DNA from: an uncultured Chloroflexia bacterium
GTDB lineage: Bacteria; Chloroflexota; Limnocylindria; QHBO01
Direction of reading: 5' to 3'
Assembly (NCBI GenBank): GCA_963797855.1
Contig: CAWCQX010000011.1
Location: forward strand, 91,446 to 155,445
DNA length: 64,000 bases
This document shows, piece after piece, positions 59,451 through 64,000 of this stretch; positions within the stretch are counted from its first letter, which is position 1; each line of letters opens with the position of its first letter. The position numbers were made by a program, and so were the translations under genes. The notes beneath the pieces were generated by a model that saw only the letters and a program-made list of their open reading frames with translations, had not been told where the DNA came from and ran no database searches.

Positions 59451-60442
59451 GCGCTGGCTGCCTCGGCGGCTTCGAAGATGCGCTCGATCACGCGCAGGTT
59501 CGCGACCGCGTCATTCGGCGGCACCGGCGCCGGCCGCCCATCCAGCACGGCGGCCGCGAAACGCTCAGCCTCCACGGTGTAGGGATCGGCCACCTCGAAG
59601 GTCAGGACACGCGTGTCCGGCGCGACCGGCGGATCCCCGCCGGCACTGACGTACACCTCGGTCGGCCGGTCGGGCGGGATGTTGAACGGAATCCCGATCG
59701 AGATGCGGCCCGTCGTTCCGTAAATGTGCACCCGCTGGTCGTCCTCCGCCCGCGTCGAGCAGGTGAACGTGGCGATGCCATTGTCGAAGGTCAAGATTGC
59801 GCTGGTCAGCACGTCCACCCCCGTCGCCGGGTCACGCACCAGCGCCGCCGACACGTGCCGCGGCTCGGCGTCGAAGAGCAGGCGCGAGAGATTCACCGAG
59901 TAGCAGCCGATGTCGAACAGCGCCCCGCCGCCCACCTCGCGGATGTTGCGGATGTTCGTCGCGTCGTCATTGAAGTACGAGAACCAGGACTGGACCGATA
60001 CCAGCCTGCCGATCTCGCCCGATGCCACCAGCTCGGCGACGGCCTGCCAGGACGGATGGAGGCGGTACATGAAGGCCTCCATCAGCGTGACCCCCTCCAC
60101 ATTGGCCACGTCGATCATGCGCTGCGCGTCGTCCGCGGTGAGGGCCAGCGGCTTTTCGCACAGGACGTGCTTGCCCGCCCGCGCGGCGGCGATCGACCAC
60201 TCGGCGTGCAGGTGGTTCGGGAGCGGGATGTAGACCGCGTCGACCTCCGGGTCGGCCAGCAGCGCCTCGTAGGAGGCGTGGGCGCGCGGAATCCCCAGTT
60301 CAAGCGCAACTGCCTCTGCCCGGCCCGCCTCGCGCGAGGCGATGGCCACGATGCTGCAGCGCTTTGCCTTGCGCATGCCGGGGATGACCTTCGTGCGGGC
60401 GATGTCGGCGGTCGACAGGATCCCCCAGCGTAATGCGTCCAC
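59447..60442 (-). CDS. Gfo/Idh/MocA family oxidoreductase
   Basis: LRWGILSTA.IA, DAVYIPLPNHLH, HVLCEKP, EAFMYR.HP, GGGALFDIGCY. Confidence 0.93.
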   Translation of the reverse strand: MDALRWGILSTADIARTKVIPGMRKAKRCSIVAIASREAGRAEAVALELGIPRAHASYEALLADPEVDAVYIPLPNHLHAEWSIAAARAGKHVLCEKPLALTADDAQRMIDVANVEGVTLMEAFMYRLHPSWQAVAELVASGEIGRLVSVQSWFSYFNDDATNIRNIREVGGGALFDIGCYSVNLSRLLFDAEPRHVSAALVRDPATGVDVLTSAILTFDNGIATFTCSTRAEDDQRVHIYGTTGRISIGIPFNIPPDRPTEVYVSAGGDPPVAPDTRVLTFEVADPYTVEAERFAAAVLDGRPAPVPPNDAVANLRVIERIFEAAEAASA

Positions 60443-60446
60443 AGGC

Positions 60447-60545
60447 TCAGGCCCGGGAGGTCTCGGTCACGGGCCGGAAGGCGGCGGCACCGATGCCCGG
60501 ACTGGCACCGGTGATGAGCGCAATCCGACCGTCGAGCGTGTCCAT
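60447..60545 (-). pseudogene. Internally deleted SDR oxidoreductase remnant (32 aa)
   Basis: GGAGG RBS, then MDTLDGRIALITGASPGIGAAAFRPVTETSRA*: a Rossmann TGxxxGIG motif followed almost at once by a stop. Confidence 0.7.
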
Positions 60546-60604
60546 CCGACTCTCCTCCGTGCGGAATGGCGCGTCGGTCCGGCGGTGTGAGCCGCGCGCG
60601 ATGC

Positions 60605-60665
60605 TTGACACCACCGACGCCCATGCCCGAGTCTACGCCAGAGTTTGAGCAAGAAGAACACAAAC
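60605..60665. promoter_or_regulatory. TTGACA -35 element and ROK/XylR-like operator GTTTG-N13-CAAAC
   Basis: TTGACA 60605-60610; inverted repeat 60643-60665 in an AT-rich patch between divergent operons. Confidence 0.6.
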
Positions 60666-60673
60666 CCGTGGTC

Positions 60674-61904
60674 GTGAGCCGCGAGAGCAAGTGGGCAGCG
60701 GAGCGAGACCGTCCGTCGCGCGAACCTGAGCACCATCGTCCGCGAGCTGCACCTGCGGGGACCGCTCTCGCGATCCGACCTCGTCCGCAGCACCGGGCTG
60801 ACGCGCGGGGCGATTCGTGGACTCATCGGCGAGCTGGCCGAGTCCGGCCTGGTCCGCGAGGAGCGCAGCGCCCCGGTCGGCACGCCCGGCCGGCCCTCAC
60901 CACTGGTCCGCCCGCGCCATGACCGTGCCACCGTCCTGGCCCTGGACATCGCCGTCGACTCGATCGGCGCCGCGCTGGTCGGCCTCGGCGGCCAGGTGAT
61001 CGACCACGTGCGGGTCGATCGGGCTCGCGGCCACCTGGCCGCCGAGCGCATCGCCACCGACCTGGCCAGGCTCGCGCTGCCGCTCATCCGCAGCCACGGC
61101 GCGCGCGACTCCCTGATCGGCATCGGCGTGGCCATGGTCGGCGTCGTGCGGCTCAGCGACGGGCTGGTGCGGCTGGCCCCGAATCTCGGCTGGCAGGAGG
61201 TCCCGTTGGGCGAGCTGCTGGCGCAGCGCCTCAAGCTGGGCCTGCCGGTCATGGTCGCCAACGAGGCGGACCTTGGTGCCCTCGCCGAGCACCGCCGCGG
61301 CGTCGCGGTGGGGATCGATGACGTCCTCTACCTGTCCGGCGAGGTGGGGGTCGGTGGCGGCCTGATCGTCGACGGGCAGCCCCTCATCGGTGCGGCCGGG
61401 TATGCCGGCGAGGTCGGCCACATGCCGGTCAACCCGGGCGGCGCCACCTGCCGCTGCGGTTCGGTCGGCTGCTGGGAGACCGAGGTCGGTGAGCGGGCGC
61501 TGCTGCGCCGCGCTGGCCGCCCCGCGTCGAGCGGCCGTGCCGCCGTCGACGAGGTGATCGCCTCCGCCGAAGCCGGGTCGTCGAAGGCGCTGGCCGCGCT
61601 GTCGGAGACGGGGGTGTGGCTGGGCATCGGCCTGGCCGGCCTGGTGAACCTGTTCAACCCGACGTTGATCGTGCTCGGTGGCGTATTCGGTCGAATGGCG
61701 CCCTTCGTGGCCGCCGAAGTCGAGGAAGCCCTCGATCGGCGTGCGCTCCGTGCTCCGCGGGACGTCGTGCGGGTGGTCCCGACCGCGCTCGGCGGTGAGG
61801 CCACGTTAATCGGGGCATCGGAGATTGCGTTCGAGCCCTTCCTGGTGGATCCAGCGGCCTGGCTCAGCCCTCGGGCGCGGCCGCTTCGGTTGGCGAGCGC
61901 ATGA
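60674..61904 (+). CDS. ROK family transcriptional regulator; frameshift near 60690
   Basis: VRRANL..I...L...GPLSRSDL HTH, GRP, NEADLGALAE, GVGGG, AGEVGH, CRCGS.GCWE. Confidence 0.92.
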
Positions 61905-62021
61905 CGAGGGACATCTGAGGGGGCCGTCGAAATCGATCTTGGAGGACTTGACAAGGATGTAGCCTATCGCGAAGCACCCTCACGGGATCGAGTCACCATC
62001 TTCGGAGGAGGAAGCAAACTA

Positions 62022-63204
62022 ATGCGCATTCCCAGGCTCGCGGTCCTCTGGGCCGTCGTCGCCATCGTCATGGCGGCGTGCACCGGTGGCGGTGCCTCTC
62101 CTTCAGCAAGCAGCGGGGGCAGCGGAGGCGCGGCCACTGCCTGCAAGGTCGGCGTTTCGTGGAACAACTACGAGCAGCCGCGCTGGGCTGCCACTGACCA
62201 GCCGAACATCAAAGGCGCGATCGAGGCTGCCGGCGGCACCTACACCGAGGCTTTTGCCGAGGACGACGCCACCCAGCAGCTGACCGACGTCGAGAACCTC
62301 ATCAACCAGGACATCAATGTCCTGATCTTGCTCGCGAAGGACCTGACGACAATCGGGCCGGCCCTGGAAACGGCCGCCAACGCCGACGTCCCGGTCATCG
62401 CGTATGACCGGCTGGTCGAGGATCCGAACGTCCTCTACATCTCGTTCGATAACGTTGGCGTCGGCGCGGCCGAGGCCGAGGCAATGTTCGAGAAGGTGCC
62501 GACCGGCACGTATGTCCTGATCAAGGGCGACCCCGGCGACCCGAACGCATCAACCTTCCTGCCGCAGGGCTGGGACGACGCCGGTCTACAGGACAAGATC
62601 GACTCCGGCGACATTACGGTCTTCGATGAGCAGTTCACTCCTGACTGGTCCACCGAGACGGCGCAGGACACCATGGAGGCGATCATCGATGCGGCCAACG
62701 ACCAGGACGTCCAGATCGACGCGGTCCTGGCTGAAAACGACAGCACGGCGCTGGGCGTGGCGGCGGCCCTCCAGGCCAAGAGCTACGACCAGATCCCGGT
62801 CAGCGGCCAGGACGGCGACCCGGCGAACCTGAACAACGTCGCCCTGGGCTGGCAGTACGTTGACGTCTGGAAGAACAGCAATGAGCTTGGCAAGGCGGGC
62901 GGTGAGGCTGCGCTGCAGCTCTGCGCCGGGACGGCCATCGCCGACGTCACCCTGCCGGATGGCCTGATCGACCCGTCGGTGGCGCCGGACAGCCTGACGC
63001 CGACCGACTTCACAACTCCGGGGCTGGACGGTGATGCCGGACTCCGGTGACGAGAACGTCGTCAAGTCGTTCATCCTCAAGCCGACCCCCGTCACGGCCG
63101 AGACGCTGAACCTGCCGATCGACGCGGGCTGGTATGCGACCAAGGACGACATCTGCGAAGGAGTGACCGCAGACAGTCCGGGAGCGGCCGTCTGCGACCA
63201 GTAA
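62022..63204 (+). CDS. Sugar ABC transporter substrate-binding lipoprotein (XylF-like); frameshift near 63015
   Basis: MAAC lipobox, VGVSW...RW, PVIAYDRL, YISFDN..VG, LAEND..A.GV, VSGQDGD, VWK. Confidence 0.88.
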
Positions 63205-63228
63205 CGAGCTAGTCGCAGCGAAACTGAT

Positions 63229-63267
63229 GGTGCCCTGCGTGTGCGGACTTCCGCGCCGCAGGGCACC
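63229..63267 (+). other. Intergenic stem-loop after the binding-protein gene (probable mRNA stabiliser or attenuator)
   Basis: GGTGCCCTGCG (63229-63239)/CGCAGGGCACC (63257-63267), no U-tract. Confidence 0.6.
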
Positions 63268-63288
63268 TGACGTTCGGGATCGTGAACC

Positions 63289-64000
63289 ATGGCTGACGTA
63301 GCGGCACCCGCACCGGCTCCGGCTCAGACGCAGCCCGTGAGCGGCACGTCGCTGCGCCGACTGGTGGGCGCAACCGAGATCGACCTGCGCCTGTTCGGGA
63401 TGCTGCTCGCCCTGATCGGCATCCTGGTCGGCTTCCACATCATGTCCGGGGGGACGTTCATTCGGCCGGCCAACATGGTCACCCTCGCCGTTCAGGCGAC
63501 GGGGATCGCGATCATGGCCACCGGCATGGTCCTGATCATCGTCTCGCGCAATATCGACCTCTCGGTCGGATCCATCGTCGGCCTGGTCGCCATGTCGATT
63601 GCGCTGCTGCAGACCGACTGGCTGCCGGCGCTGGGCTTGGGCTCCGACAGCCAATGGATGTGGCTCATCGCGCTGGCGCTCGGTCTTGGGCTGGGGGCAA
63701 TCATCGGCGGCGTGCAGGGCTTCATCATCGCCTACATCGGCGTGCCTTCCTTCATCGTGACGCTGGGCGGGTTGCTTTCGCTGCGCGGTACGGTCTGGCT
63801 CCTGTCTAGCGGCGCCGGCATCAACGGCCTGCAGACAGAGTTCAGGAAGATCGGCGGCGGCGTGGAGGGATCCGTCGGCGAATGGGCCACGTGGCTCCTT
63901 GCCGTGATCGGTAGCGCCGCCATCATTGCTCTGATCGTCTACAGCCGACGCCAACGCCAGCGCTTCGGCTTTCCGGTGCGACCAATGTGGGCCGAGGTCC
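63289..64000 (+). CDS. Sugar ABC transporter permease (XylH-like); runs off the window edge
   Basis: Manual translation: EIDLRLFGM, MATGMVLIIVSRNIDLSVGS, IGVPSFIVTLGG. Confidence 0.9.
   Translation, partial: MADVAAPAPAPAQTQPVSGTSLRRLVGATEIDLRLFGMLLALIGILVGFHIMSGGTFIRPANMVTLAVQATGIAIMATGMVLIIVSRNIDLSVGSIVGLVAMSIALLQTDWLPALGLGSDSQWMWLIALALGLGLGAIIGGVQGFIIAYIGVPSFIVTLGGLLSLRGTVWLLSSGAGINGLQTEFRKIGGGVEGSVGEWATWLLAVIGSAAIIALIVYSRRQRQRFGFPVRPMWAEV

Overview
A very GC-rich bacterial chromosomal segment; a Chloroflexota origin is my inference from the AGAAC-N4-GTTCT LexA box, the GuaB3-type IMPDH, UPF0182 and the CxxC zinc-ribbon gene. In order it holds: dinB-lexA (minus strand, SOS box), rplI, dnaB, a zinc-ribbon gene with a structured leader, and a dispersed purine super-cluster (purA, guaB3, guaA, purD, purE, purB, purC, purS, purQ, purL, purF, purM, purN) interleaved with accessory genes. 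Then come radC, a complete GlgE-route alpha-glucan cluster (glgE, treS, mak, glgX, malQ, glgB) and, from about 55.5 kb, a sugar-utilisation module with apparently different codon usage (aldose epimerase, atypical M24-fold hydrolase, CRTAC1/ASPIC-UnbV protein, Gfo/Idh/MocA oxidoreductase, SDR remnant, ROK regulator, XylF/XylH-like ABC transporter). Most genes, including essential ones, are broken by 1-nt indels, which most likely reflects unpolished long-read errors rather than pseudogenes, so many coordinates are reconstructed across frameshifts. I saw no rRNA, tRNA, CRISPR array, integrase or transposase. The best candidates for undescribed biology are (i) an AAA_14/DUF4143 ATPase-nuclease preceded by 22-bp-periodic palindromic repeats, within a putative genotoxin-resistance block between guaB and guaA, (ii) the CRTAC1 + metal-ligand-deficient M24 hydrolase sugar module, and (iii) structured leaders upstream of the zinc-ribbon gene and guaB3.
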